64,000 nt of DNA. Source: Bacteroidales bacterium (lineage in GTDB: Bacteria > Bacteroidota > Bacteroidia > Bacteroidales > JACABE01). The notes beneath the pieces are model-generated. The model was not told the DNA's origin and ran no database searches. It saw only the letters and a list, made by a program, of their open reading frames with translations. Position 1 is the stretch's first letter, and each line of letters opens with the position of its first letter. The stretch is from NCBI GenBank assembly GCA_038204725.1, contig JBBRCQ010000005.1:17030-81029 (forward strand), read 5' to 3'. Of this stretch, positions 38,884 to 48,075 are shown piece by piece. A program made the translations under genes and the position numbers.

Positions 38884-38996
38884 ACTTAGAGTTTAATTTT
38901 TTTATATGTTAGTTTAATTTTAAATTTACGCCTATTTTAGTAATGATTATTAACACATTACAGGATTTTTGAATTTGCAATCAGTAACCAATTAAC

Positions 38997-39737
38997 TTAT
39001 GCGGTTAAACGTTGTTTGATCGCTTCGTAAAGAATTACACCACAGGCAACCGATACATTTAAAGAGGCAATATCTCCTAAAATAGGAATTTTTACAATAT
39101 TATCTGTTAGTCTTAAATATTCGGGAGAAACGCCATCTTCTTCTGAACCCATTATAATTGCTGTTGGTGCAGTGTAATCAACTTTATAATGATAATCACC
39201 TCCTTTTTCGGATGCTGCAATAATTTGCAAACCACTTTTTCTTAAAAAATCAATGGTTACTTTAAGATTTTCGCTACGACAAACAGGAATGATGTGTAAT
39301 GCTCCGGCTGATGTTTTTAAAGCATCTGAATTGATTTGAGCTCCGCCTTTTGATGGAACTATAATGGCATCCACGCCTGCACATTCTGCAGTACGGGCAA
39401 TGGCTCCAAAATTTCGAACATCTGTAATCCTATCAAGTATAAGAATTAGCGGAGTTTTGCCTTGTTCCCAGATCATAGGAATTAAATTCTCAATTTGAGT
39501 ATAAGAAACAACTGACATAAAACAAGCGACACCCTGATGGTTTTTCATGGTAAGCTTGTTTAATTTTTCAAGTGGAACGTATTGAAAAGGAATGTTATTT
39601 ATCTTGATTTCATCCATTAATTCAAGAAAAATCTCACCTCGTAAACCATTCTGTATAAATATTTTGTCAATTTCTTTTCCCGATTTAATGGCTTCAATTA
39701 CAGGTCGGATACCATATATAAAGTTGTCAGTGTTCAT
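38997..39737 (-). CDS. rlmB: SpoU/TrmH-family 23S rRNA 2'-O-methyltransferase (RlmB-like)
   Basis: N-terminal substrate-binding domain (IYGIRPVIEAI) and SpoU motifs (LDRITDVRNFGAIARTAE, IIMGSEEDGVS, IPILGDIASLNVSVA). Confidence 0.85.
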   Translation of the reverse strand: MNTDNFIYGIRPVIEAIKSGKEIDKIFIQNGLRGEIFLELMDEIKINNIPFQYVPLEKLNKLTMKNHQGVACFMSVVSYTQIENLIPMIWEQGKTPLILILDRITDVRNFGAIARTAECAGVDAIIVPSKGGAQINSDALKTSAGALHIIPVCRSENLKVTIDFLRKSGLQIIAASEKGGDYHYKVDYTAPTAIIMGSEEDGVSPEYLRLTDNIVKIPILGDIASLNVSVACGVILYEAIKQRLTA

Positions 39738-39738
39738 A

Positions 39739-39768
39739 GTTAAAGGTTAAAGGTTAAAGGTTAATAGG
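39739..39768. repeat. heptamer GTTAAAG x3 plus a degenerate unit, abutting the rlmB start codon
   Basis: Units at 39739, 39746 and 39753, then GTTAATAGG. Starts 2 nt from the start codon. Confidence 0.9.
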
Positions 39769-39905
39769 CAAAGTATAATTTAATAATAATTTGTCCTTTA
39801 TGAATGGCAAAATTACAAAAATTTTATCTCAATTTCCGGATTACTATTAGAATCATTAACTTTGCTTTTTTTTAATATGGTTTTTAATCTCAAAATCTGA
39901 TAAAT

Positions 39906-40826
39906 ATGTCAATTCCAACATCAAGAACCAAAGAAAAAGCCAACATTTACATAGATACTGAAAAATGTAACGGATGTGGAAACTGTGTGGAAGTTTGTAA
40001 AGATTTCAGTCTTGAAATCAAAAATGGGAAAGTCAGTCTTTCGGAAAATCCTTTTTTTGGCTGTATAGGATGCGGACATTGTATGTGTATCTGTCAACAG
40101 GATGCCATTAGTATAAAAGGTCGTTTTACTTCAAGAAGTCACCTTTTTTCATTGCATGAAATACATGAAACCACTGATTATACAGCTTTAATTTATTTGT
40201 TAAAACGCCGGAGAAGTATTCGTGAATTTAAAAAAGTGGAAGTAGAAAAGGAAATAATTAAAAAAATTATTGCTGCCGCTACTCATTCTCCTATGGGAAT
40301 ACCTCCTTCAGATGTAAATGTTATGGTACTTGATAGTTTTGAGAAAGTAAAAATGTTTAGCAAAGATTATTGCCGTTTTCTGAGTAACTATAAATGGATG
40401 GTTTCCGGTTGGTTTCTGACGATTATGCGTCCATTCTGGGGAAAAAATAACGACCAATTGTTTCGAAAGTTTGTAAAACCATTGATCAATAAATTTTCAG
40501 ATACTGTTGAAAAAGAGGAAGACCTATTTACTTACAATGCACCAGTTGCATTGTATTTTTATGGTTCACCTTTTACTGATCCCGCCGATCCTATTATTGC
40601 AGCTACTTATGCTATGATTGCTGCTGAATCATTGGGTTTAGGATCTTGTATGATTGGAAGTTTTCATCCGATGATACAATATGGAAAAAAAGGAAAACAA
40701 TTCAGGGATAAATACAATATCCGGTTCAAAAGTCGCGAAGGACTCATTGTTATTTTGGGCTATTCAAATGTTCATTATAAATATGGTATTCATCGGAATT
40801 TTGCAAATGTAGATTGGATTCAATAA
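39906..40826 (+). CDS. nitroreductase-family protein with an N-terminal 2x[4Fe-4S] ferredoxin domain
   Basis: CNGCGNCVEVC and CIGCGHCMCIC clusters, plus the nitroreductase motif LLKRRRSIREFK. Confidence 0.75.
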   Translation: MSIPTSRTKEKANIYIDTEKCNGCGNCVEVCKDFSLEIKNGKVSLSENPFFGCIGCGHCMCICQQDAISIKGRFTSRSHLFSLHEIHETTDYTALIYLLKRRRSIREFKKVEVEKEIIKKIIAAATHSPMGIPPSDVNVMVLDSFEKVKMFSKDYCRFLSNYKWMVSGWFLTIMRPFWGKNNDQLFRKFVKPLINKFSDTVEKEEDLFTYNAPVALYFYGSPFTDPADPIIAATYAMIAAESLGLGSCMIGSFHPMIQYGKKGKQFRDKYNIRFKSREGLIVILGYSNVHYKYGIHRNFANVDWIQ

Positions 40827-41023
40827 ATTTGAATTTAAGATCAATAATTCCCATTTAAAAAAATAAACCTATTTACTAAAACAATTCTAATGAAACGAGA
40901 CATGAGAACTATTCACACACGAGGATGTTTATTTGGCGAGTCCATCGGCGAAATTAAAATAGGAGTAATGAACACAACATACCTAACATTAACCACTTCA
41001 GATATTTAATAAAAAATTAACAG

Positions 41024-42451
41024 ATGAAAACAAATAACTTATATAAGACCATCCTTATAGTAGTATTTATATGCATTAGTTGGAATTTAAAAACCAAAGC
41101 TCAAACACCGGAAGCTTTCCTCCTTGGGAATTGGATAGGAACTATTGAATTTCAAAAAAGAAATTTAACATTGGTTTTTCGTGTAAATTATTTTGAGAAA
41201 GACAGTATTCATGCTTTTATGGACAGCCCAGATCAGGGAGCTAAAGATATAAAGGTAAGTAATTTATTAGTGAGAGGTGATTCGGTTTTTATTCGGGTGA
41301 AATCTTTAGGTGTCTCTGTTGCAGGAATACTTAGCATTAAAGATTCGATGATTACAGGAATCTTTCGTCAAAGTATTTTTAATGGTCCGATCATTTTAAA
41401 AAAAGTTGAGAAAATACCACAAATCAATCGGCCACAAGAGCCCAAACCACCTTACCCCTATCAATCCAATGAAATTAGTTTTAAAAATGAGACAGATCAA
41501 ATTGAATTAGCAGCAACGCTTTCAATACCAAATACATTGGGCAAATACGCTGCAGTTGTATTAATTTCAGGCTCTGGTCCTCAAAACCGGGATGAAGAAT
41601 TGTTGGGACACAAACCTTTTTTAGTGTTAGCTGATTACTTAACCAGGAATGGAATTGCTGTATTGCGTTATGATGACCGTGGAGTCGGAAAATCAAAAGG
41701 AGTTTTTGCAAATGCTTCAACATACGACTTTAGCAGAGATGCAGAAGCTGCAGTTCATTACCTGAAAACCTTGCCCAATATTGATACTACAAAAATCGGA
41801 TTAATTGGTCATAGCGAAGGAGGAATGATAGCTCCTATTATTGCATCACACAATCAATCAATTCATTTTATAGTACTACTTGCCGGACCCGGTCTCAGTG
41901 GTGAAGAAATTCTGCTAAAACAATCTGCGCTTATTGCAAAAACACAAGGTGAAACAGAAAAGAATATTGCAAAAGCTAACAAAATCAATACAAAAATCTA
42001 TAAAATAGTAAAACATGAAAAAGACAATTCGGTTGCAGCAAATAAAATCAGGAAAGCTTTTGACAAATACCTTGAAACGCTGACAAAAGAAGAAAGGATT
42101 CCTTTAGAAGCACAGAAAGAAAGTATGATTCAGCAAATATTATCTCCATGGTTCAGAATATTTTTAAGTTTTGACCCTAAAAAATATCTTACGAAAACCC
42201 ATTGTGCAGTATTAGCTCTAAATGGTGCCAACGACTTACAAGTTCCACCCGATGAAAATCTGGCAGCAATCGAAAAATATCTTAAAGCAGCAGGTAATAA
42301 CAATTATATGATCAAAAAATTGCCTCATCTTAATCATTTATTTCAAACTTCAGCAACAGGATCACCCAACGATTATATAAAAATTGAGGAAACGTTTTCT
42401 CCTGTTGCTTTGTTGATTATCAAAGATTGGATTAAAGAAAATACGAAATAA
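41024..42451 (+). CDS. secreted alpha/beta hydrolase (S9/dienelactone-hydrolase-like)
   Basis: Signal peptide, nucleophile elbow GHSEGG, and a C-terminal LNH motif. Confidence 0.8.
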   Translation: MKTNNLYKTILIVVFICISWNLKTKAQTPEAFLLGNWIGTIEFQKRNLTLVFRVNYFEKDSIHAFMDSPDQGAKDIKVSNLLVRGDSVFIRVKSLGVSVAGILSIKDSMITGIFRQSIFNGPIILKKVEKIPQINRPQEPKPPYPYQSNEISFKNETDQIELAATLSIPNTLGKYAAVVLISGSGPQNRDEELLGHKPFLVLADYLTRNGIAVLRYDDRGVGKSKGVFANASTYDFSRDAEAAVHYLKTLPNIDTTKIGLIGHSEGGMIAPIIASHNQSIHFIVLLAGPGLSGEEILLKQSALIAKTQGETEKNIAKANKINTKIYKIVKHEKDNSVAANKIRKAFDKYLETLTKEERIPLEAQKESMIQQILSPWFRIFLSFDPKKYLTKTHCAVLALNGANDLQVPPDENLAAIEKYLKAAGNNNYMIKKLPHLNHLFQTSATGSPNDYIKIEETFSPVALLIIKDWIKENTK

Positions 42452-42578
42452 ATACTATTTCGCTTTTGGTTTTGGTTAAAATCTTGAATTGATTCAATCA
42501 ATGAATTGCTAAATAACACTATCAGTTTAACTCAAAATTGCATAATATTCTTTATTTTTACAAAAATTATCCGAAACT

Positions 42579-43391
42579 ATGATTGCATTTCCTAATTGTA
42601 AAATAAATTTAGGCTTATATCTTGAAAATAAGCGAACTGACGGATTTCACAATATCAAAACTGTTTTTTTTCCGGTTAAATTAACAGATGTTTTAGAGAT
42701 CATTGAATCGGATACAGCTGATTGTTCGATGACAATGAGTGGTATTCCAATTGATGGAGATATACAATCTAATTTATGTATAAAAGCTTACAAAATACTT
42801 AAAAATGATTTTAAGTTACCATCTGTAAAAATTCACTTGCATAAAGTAATCCCACATGGTGCTGGATTAGGTGGAGGCTCATCCGATGCTGCATTTACAA
42901 TCAAAACATTGAACACTAAATTCAATCTGCATTTATCCAATTTACAAATGCAACAATATGCATCAAAATTAGGCAGCGACTGTGCTTTTTTTATTGAAAA
43001 CAAAACTGTGATAGCCAAAGGTAAAGGTGATTTATTCGAAAAAATAGAACTCTCTTTAAGCGGTTATTATATATATATTGTTAAACCAGATGTATTTGTA
43101 AGCACTCCTGAGGCTTTTAAATGGGTACATCCGCGCAACGAAAAAATTGACATTCAACAAATATTATACAAGCCTATTGAAAAGTGGAATGAGACACTTT
43201 TTAATGATTTTGAAGAAAGTATATTTATGAAATATCCAGCCATCGCTTCTATCAAAGATATGCTTTATAAAAAAGGAGCTGTTTATGCAGCTATGAGTGG
43301 TAGCGGTGCAGCTGTTTTCGGGCTATTCAAGAATAAGCCGACTGATATGACTTTTACCAAAGGTAATTTTAGTTGGGGATATCAGATTTAA
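42579..43391 (+). CDS. ispE: 4-diphosphocytidyl-2-C-methyl-D-erythritol kinase
   Basis: PNCKINLGL, the GHMP motif GAGLGGGSSDAA, and MSGSGAAVFG. Confidence 0.9.
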   Translation: MIAFPNCKINLGLYLENKRTDGFHNIKTVFFPVKLTDVLEIIESDTADCSMTMSGIPIDGDIQSNLCIKAYKILKNDFKLPSVKIHLHKVIPHGAGLGGGSSDAAFTIKTLNTKFNLHLSNLQMQQYASKLGSDCAFFIENKTVIAKGKGDLFEKIELSLSGYYIYIVKPDVFVSTPEAFKWVHPRNEKIDIQQILYKPIEKWNETLFNDFEESIFMKYPAIASIKDMLYKKGAVYAAMSGSGAAVFGLFKNKPTDMTFTKGNFSWGYQI

Positions 43392-43442
43392 AAAACATTA
43401 AAGAACATATAAGAATTCATCATAAATTCAATCAACCAAACA

Positions 43443-45413
43443 TTACCGAAAAGCTACTACTGCAGGAGATCCGCTGATAAAATCGACCAATCTTAAAATA
43501 TCCTGACCTGAAATGCCAAATACAAAACCGGATTTACCATTGGGAAGCATGGGATAATAGGCTACATTCAATTGAAAAGTTTGAAAAACAAGGTTGTCAT
43601 TTCTCATCCTCAAACCTGATCCAATGCCTAAAAAGTATTTTTCAGTTAAAATAAAGTGTTCACTTGATCCGATTACACCTACATCCCAAAATCCATATAA
43701 TGCAACTTTAAAACCGTAAAAATTTATGGGTGTAAAAGCAACTGTTTCCAGTTTAACTGCTAATTTTTGCTTACCTTGCATAAATGGACTCTGCATTTTT
43801 CTTTCTGTTTGATCTAAAAAAATATACTCTCCTGCAAAACGATTGATACCAAGGACATAATTGAGATTAAAGAAATTACGAAATTTGTAAGTATTAATAA
43901 AGTATAAATTACTAAATGAATTCAAGGTGAATCGCAATGTACTCTGTTCTAATTTATTACCATTTTTATATCCACCAAATCCAAGTTGAGCATACAAATA
44001 CCCAAATTTATTGATTACACTTGCAGCAGAATACTGAAATCCATAATAAAAACGATTACCAAATTCCCTGTTTTCAGGGCCTACGACTAATTCAAGCAAA
44101 TAACCATAAGGTATATCTTCTGTATTTCCAAAAGCATAAATCAAACTCCCTTTGTAATAATTTCGCTTCGAAATAGCTACTTTTGTTAGAAATAAATCAG
44201 ATTGATGGTAAATATTATTCAGTGTATCATTTACTTCAGGTCTGATAATAAAATGAGTTCTATAATATCGGGTTGAAAGTATCAGCCTTTGTGCATTTAT
44301 TTTCTTTTGTTCTTTACTTAATAGAAAAGACCTGCCAATCCATACGTCAATATTTGTATAGCTCAAAGGGTGATTATATAAGTTTTGATCTACAATATTC
44401 ACTTTTATTTTCTCATTGTTTTTTGACATTGCTAGTCCACCTGCATATTTAGTTTTCGTCATAAGAAAACTACGCTCAGCATAAAATCCAAATTTTTCGA
44501 TATCGTCCATTGTTTGATAAAAAATACCTGCATTTATAAACGATTGTCTGAAATTGTTGAATTTATATTCACCTCTATACCCATAATGTTGTGATGAATC
44601 TAAATTGTAGAAGAATGTATTACTTAAATCATTTCCTAAACCTGCAAAATTTAAATCGTACAACTCCATACTACCTACCCTGGTTCCAATATCTGGTAAA
44701 ATGCCAATTGAAAACAGATCTTGAGTAACAACAAGAAGATCTACAGAATCATTTTTTACTTTATTTACATAAATTTTTGCATCGTAAATATAGGGCAAAG
44801 TACGCAAAATACGTTCATTTTCAGCTAGTAAATAAGAATTGAGCTTCTCCCCTTTTTTAATAAATAAATTACCTTTGATCACCTTTTCAATTGTAAGGAT
44901 GTGAATATCATTGGCTGCTTTACTCACCCATGCATCAGATTTCATTGAAGTATCCTTAACAGAAGTCCCAAAAGCTTCCAACCTAACGATATTGATATTT
45001 CTTATTTTTCTTCCGTTGAATTGTTTATATTCATCTTCACTTTCATTCGCTATTTCATTTTCACTCAAAGGAGGCACATCTTCTCGTGTAATCAATAAAT
45101 CATACAACCCTTTTGTAAATTTTTTTCTGGACCATTTCGTTTTTAACGAATCATAAAACAGATTCGTTCGTGTTTCAGAATAAGTTTTCACAGAATATTT
45201 GGTTTTTTTTGAAACAATCACTATTGTATCATTCTGAGCGGTAATTATTTTTTTACCAATTTTAAGCACATCTCCTTTGTTTAAATAAATTGTATCAGGC
45301 TTAGTAACCCTATCATGTTTTTGTGCATTTAATGAACTGGAAATCATTAAAAAACAAATGATAAGACAATATATTGATATTTTATTTAAAAGTTTCAATT
45401 TTAACATAAACAA
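43443..45413 (-). CDS. Omp85-like outer-membrane protein (POTRA-like segment plus beta-barrel)
   Basis: Signal peptide, POTRA-like region (IRNINIVRLEAFG...GEKLNSYLLAENERILRTLPYIYDAKIYV), a long beta pattern, and a C-terminal F. Confidence 0.6.
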   Translation of the reverse strand: MFMLKLKLLNKISIYCLIICFLMISSSLNAQKHDRVTKPDTIYLNKGDVLKIGKKIITAQNDTIVIVSKKTKYSVKTYSETRTNLFYDSLKTKWSRKKFTKGLYDLLITREDVPPLSENEIANESEDEYKQFNGRKIRNINIVRLEAFGTSVKDTSMKSDAWVSKAANDIHILTIEKVIKGNLFIKKGEKLNSYLLAENERILRTLPYIYDAKIYVNKVKNDSVDLLVVTQDLFSIGILPDIGTRVGSMELYDLNFAGLGNDLSNTFFYNLDSSQHYGYRGEYKFNNFRQSFINAGIFYQTMDDIEKFGFYAERSFLMTKTKYAGGLAMSKNNEKIKVNIVDQNLYNHPLSYTNIDVWIGRSFLLSKEQKKINAQRLILSTRYYRTHFIIRPEVNDTLNNIYHQSDLFLTKVAISKRNYYKGSLIYAFGNTEDIPYGYLLELVVGPENREFGNRFYYGFQYSAASVINKFGYLYAQLGFGGYKNGNKLEQSTLRFTLNSFSNLYFINTYKFRNFFNLNYVLGINRFAGEYIFLDQTERKMQSPFMQGKQKLAVKLETVAFTPINFYGFKVALYGFWDVGVIGSSEHFILTEKYFLGIGSGLRMRNDNLVFQTFQLNVAYYPMLPNGKSGFVFGISGQDILRLVDFISGSPAVVAFR

Positions 45414-45424
45414 ATGAATAACAA

Positions 45425-47104
45425 TTAGTTAGTTTTTAAATTGATGATTTTAGTTGTTGAATCTATTAAGTGTTCACAATTTACAAATAATTGCTTATAA
45501 ATAATTTTTGCTTCTGTTGATACGGGATTTGCTGTATTTTCATCTGATTGCTCAATATTTTGTTGCTGTCGATGGAATTCCATTTTTACTTCAATGTTTT
45601 TTAATGTATCCATACTATTTTTATTCATTCCCGAATTTTGTTTCAAGTAATCAAAAGTCTCATTAACCAATTCAAATACTTCCAGCAACTGCTCACGTAT
45701 GGGCTGATTAAACCAGATTTTAGATTTGTTTTTATTAACAATTATTTTAAACATATTAAAACATATATTCTTATTTTTTTCAAAATATTCAATGATCTTA
45801 TACAAATTGGAAAGCTCTAAAGCTCCATTTTCACTTAAATTTCTTTGAGAGAATGAAGTTAGAAAATCCATTAATCTTAGCATTTTCTTATCCAGTTTAA
45901 CATCTAACTTAGAAATTTTAAGTAGCATTTTTTCATATTTTTTTTCTTCTTTTTCTAACAGCAAATCCGGAACAAACCGAAACAAGTCAGCATTCATTAT
46001 TCCAATGGTATACAATTCTCTCAGCACAAGTTCTACAGACAATTCAGAAGTGGATAACAAACCGGAATTGATGTTTTTTAAAATAAACTTTTCCTTTTTC
46101 TTTTTTTCTGGAATTAAGAAATGGAGTATTTTCACCATTAACGGAATTAATCCAATCCAAAGCAAAGTATTAATTAAATTAAATAATGTATGGAAAAAGC
46201 ACAATGCAATTGGAATATAATTCTGATTAGTAAATGGAGAAGCATTCCAAAACTTTAGTATTATCCAATCAATTAGTTGCAAAAATGGGTAAAATAGCAA
46301 TAACATCCAGATAACACCTGAAATATTAAAGAAACTATGAGCCAAAGCTGCTCTTTTTGCAGATTTATTGGCTATAAATGCAGCAATATTTGCAGTTACG
46401 GTTGTTCCTATATTTTCACCTAATATCATGGCAGCCGCTAATTCAAAAGATAACAACCCATTTAGAGACATTATGATCGTAAATGTTATCGTGGCACTCG
46501 ATGATTGAATGCCCACTGTAAGCAACATCCCAAATAATACAAACAAAAGTATCGAAAAAAAGTTATCATGAGAAAAAGCCTGAATAAAAGCAAATAAATC
46601 AGTATTATTTTGGATTTCAGGAATTATTGTTGTTAAAAAATCAATACCTAAAAATAACAATGAAAAACCCATTATAAATTCGCCAACAGATTTTAAATAT
46701 CCATCTTTAGAAAACAGCATGGGTAAACTCAATCCAATTAAAGGCAATAAAATCAGACTAAAATTAAACTTCATTCCCAAACCAACAATAAACCAAAGCT
46801 TAATAGTAGTTCCAATATTTGCCCCCATCATTACACCAATTGATTCGGTAAGGGTAAGTAATCCTGCATTTACAAAACTCACCATCAATACAGTTGTTGC
46901 AGAAGATGCCTGAATAATCACTGTAACAAAAAACCCACTGAAAACAGCTCTGAATTTATTAGCTATCATTGATTTAATGATGTTTCTCAATCGAACACCT
47001 GCAACTTTTTGCAATGATTCACTCATGAGTTTCATACCATAGAGAAACAGGCCTATAGCACCTAAAACTCTCAATAATTGATATATAACATCAAAAGCAC
47101 TCAT
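45425..47104 (-). CDS. Na/Pi cotransporter family protein with a PhoU-like C-terminal region
   Basis: Duplicated Na/Pi motifs (QASSATT, QSSSATI and GANIGTT, GENIGTT). The C-terminal half is helical and soluble. Confidence 0.85.
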   Translation of the reverse strand: MSAFDVIYQLLRVLGAIGLFLYGMKLMSESLQKVAGVRLRNIIKSMIANKFRAVFSGFFVTVIIQASSATTVLMVSFVNAGLLTLTESIGVMMGANIGTTIKLWFIVGLGMKFNFSLILLPLIGLSLPMLFSKDGYLKSVGEFIMGFSLLFLGIDFLTTIIPEIQNNTDLFAFIQAFSHDNFFSILLFVLFGMLLTVGIQSSSATITFTIIMSLNGLLSFELAAAMILGENIGTTVTANIAAFIANKSAKRAALAHSFFNISGVIWMLLLFYPFLQLIDWIILKFWNASPFTNQNYIPIALCFFHTLFNLINTLLWIGLIPLMVKILHFLIPEKKKKEKFILKNINSGLLSTSELSVELVLRELYTIGIMNADLFRFVPDLLLEKEEKKYEKMLLKISKLDVKLDKKMLRLMDFLTSFSQRNLSENGALELSNLYKIIEYFEKNKNICFNMFKIIVNKNKSKIWFNQPIREQLLEVFELVNETFDYLKQNSGMNKNSMDTLKNIEVKMEFHRQQQNIEQSDENTANPVSTEAKIIYKQLFVNCEHLIDSTTKIINLKTN

Positions 47105-47141
47105 TAATTTAGTTATTGATTAATAGTTATTATTTTATACA

Positions 47142-47239
47142 GTTACTGAGCTTTTGCTCAGTCCCGAGCTACAATTTCTTACGAAGTATGAGTTAGAAAT
47201 TGTTATTCGGGAAAGTATGAGTTAGAAATTGTTATTCGG
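47142..47239. repeat. compact copy of the dispersed repeat: leader hairpin, one 28-nt-type unit, two 29-nt units
   Basis: 47156-47239 matches 7765-7848 with one mismatch, including the identical 49-nt hairpin CCCGAGCTACAATTTCT-15 nt-AGAAATTGTTATTCGGG (47163-47211 matches 7772-7820). Confidence 0.95.
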
Positions 47240-47249
47240 TATTAAGTTA

Positions 47250-47909
47250 TTATTGAACGAATAGTAAGCTGCCTATTCTCACCATTGTACTACCTTCTTC
47301 TATAGCTATTTGATAATCACCTGACATTCCCATTGAAATTTCTTTAAAAAATGTTTGATCACTAAAGATTGCTATTTTTAGTTTTTCATAAAAGGTTTTA
47401 AGTTGTGCAAATTCCTGATGAATAAGTTGATAATTTGAAGTATAAGTAGCCATTCCCATTACACCAACAATTCTGATATTTTGCATTTCTTTAAATTCTT
47501 TAGCATTTAACATTGCTAAAGCCTCTTTTAAATCAAACCCAAATTTACTTTCTTCGGTAGCAATATAAAACTGCAATAAGCAATCAATAACTCTATTATT
47601 TTTTTGGCCTTCTTTATTAATGACAGTCAATAATTTAGCGCTGTCTACACTATGTATTAAATGAATAAAAGGAGTTATATATTTTACTTTATTGGTTTGC
47701 AAATGACCAATAAAATGCCATTGAATGTCTTTTGGTAAAACATCGTATTTTTCAGCTATTTCAAGGGCTTTGTTTTCTCCAAAAATTCGTTGACCTGCAT
47801 GATATGCTTCTAAAATGGCATCAATAGGTTTTGTTTTGGATACAGCAACTAAAGCTACATTTCCGGGAATATGTTTAAGAATATTTTCAAGATTGTGTTT
47901 TATACCCAT
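47250..47909 (-). CDS. yggS: YggS-family pyridoxal-phosphate homeostasis protein
   Basis: VALVAVSKTK (PLP lysine), HFIGHLQTNK and MGMSGDY motifs. Confidence 0.9.
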   Translation of the reverse strand: MGIKHNLENILKHIPGNVALVAVSKTKPIDAILEAYHAGQRIFGENKALEIAEKYDVLPKDIQWHFIGHLQTNKVKYITPFIHLIHSVDSAKLLTVINKEGQKNNRVIDCLLQFYIATEESKFGFDLKEALAMLNAKEFKEMQNIRIVGVMGMATYTSNYQLIHQEFAQLKTFYEKLKIAIFSDQTFFKEISMGMSGDYQIAIEEGSTMVRIGSLLFVQ

Positions 47910-48075
47910 CTTTTATTTTTTAGCAAAGTTAATAAATAATAAAGAAATTAAATTCAGTACCTTTCAAATTTGAAAAAAATTAATTATTTTAAATTAAAAG
48001 CTAAATTTAATTCTAAAACTTTTAAAAGTCCTACTATGCAATAATTTTATTTTATATCATTTCAGCTGATTGCTG

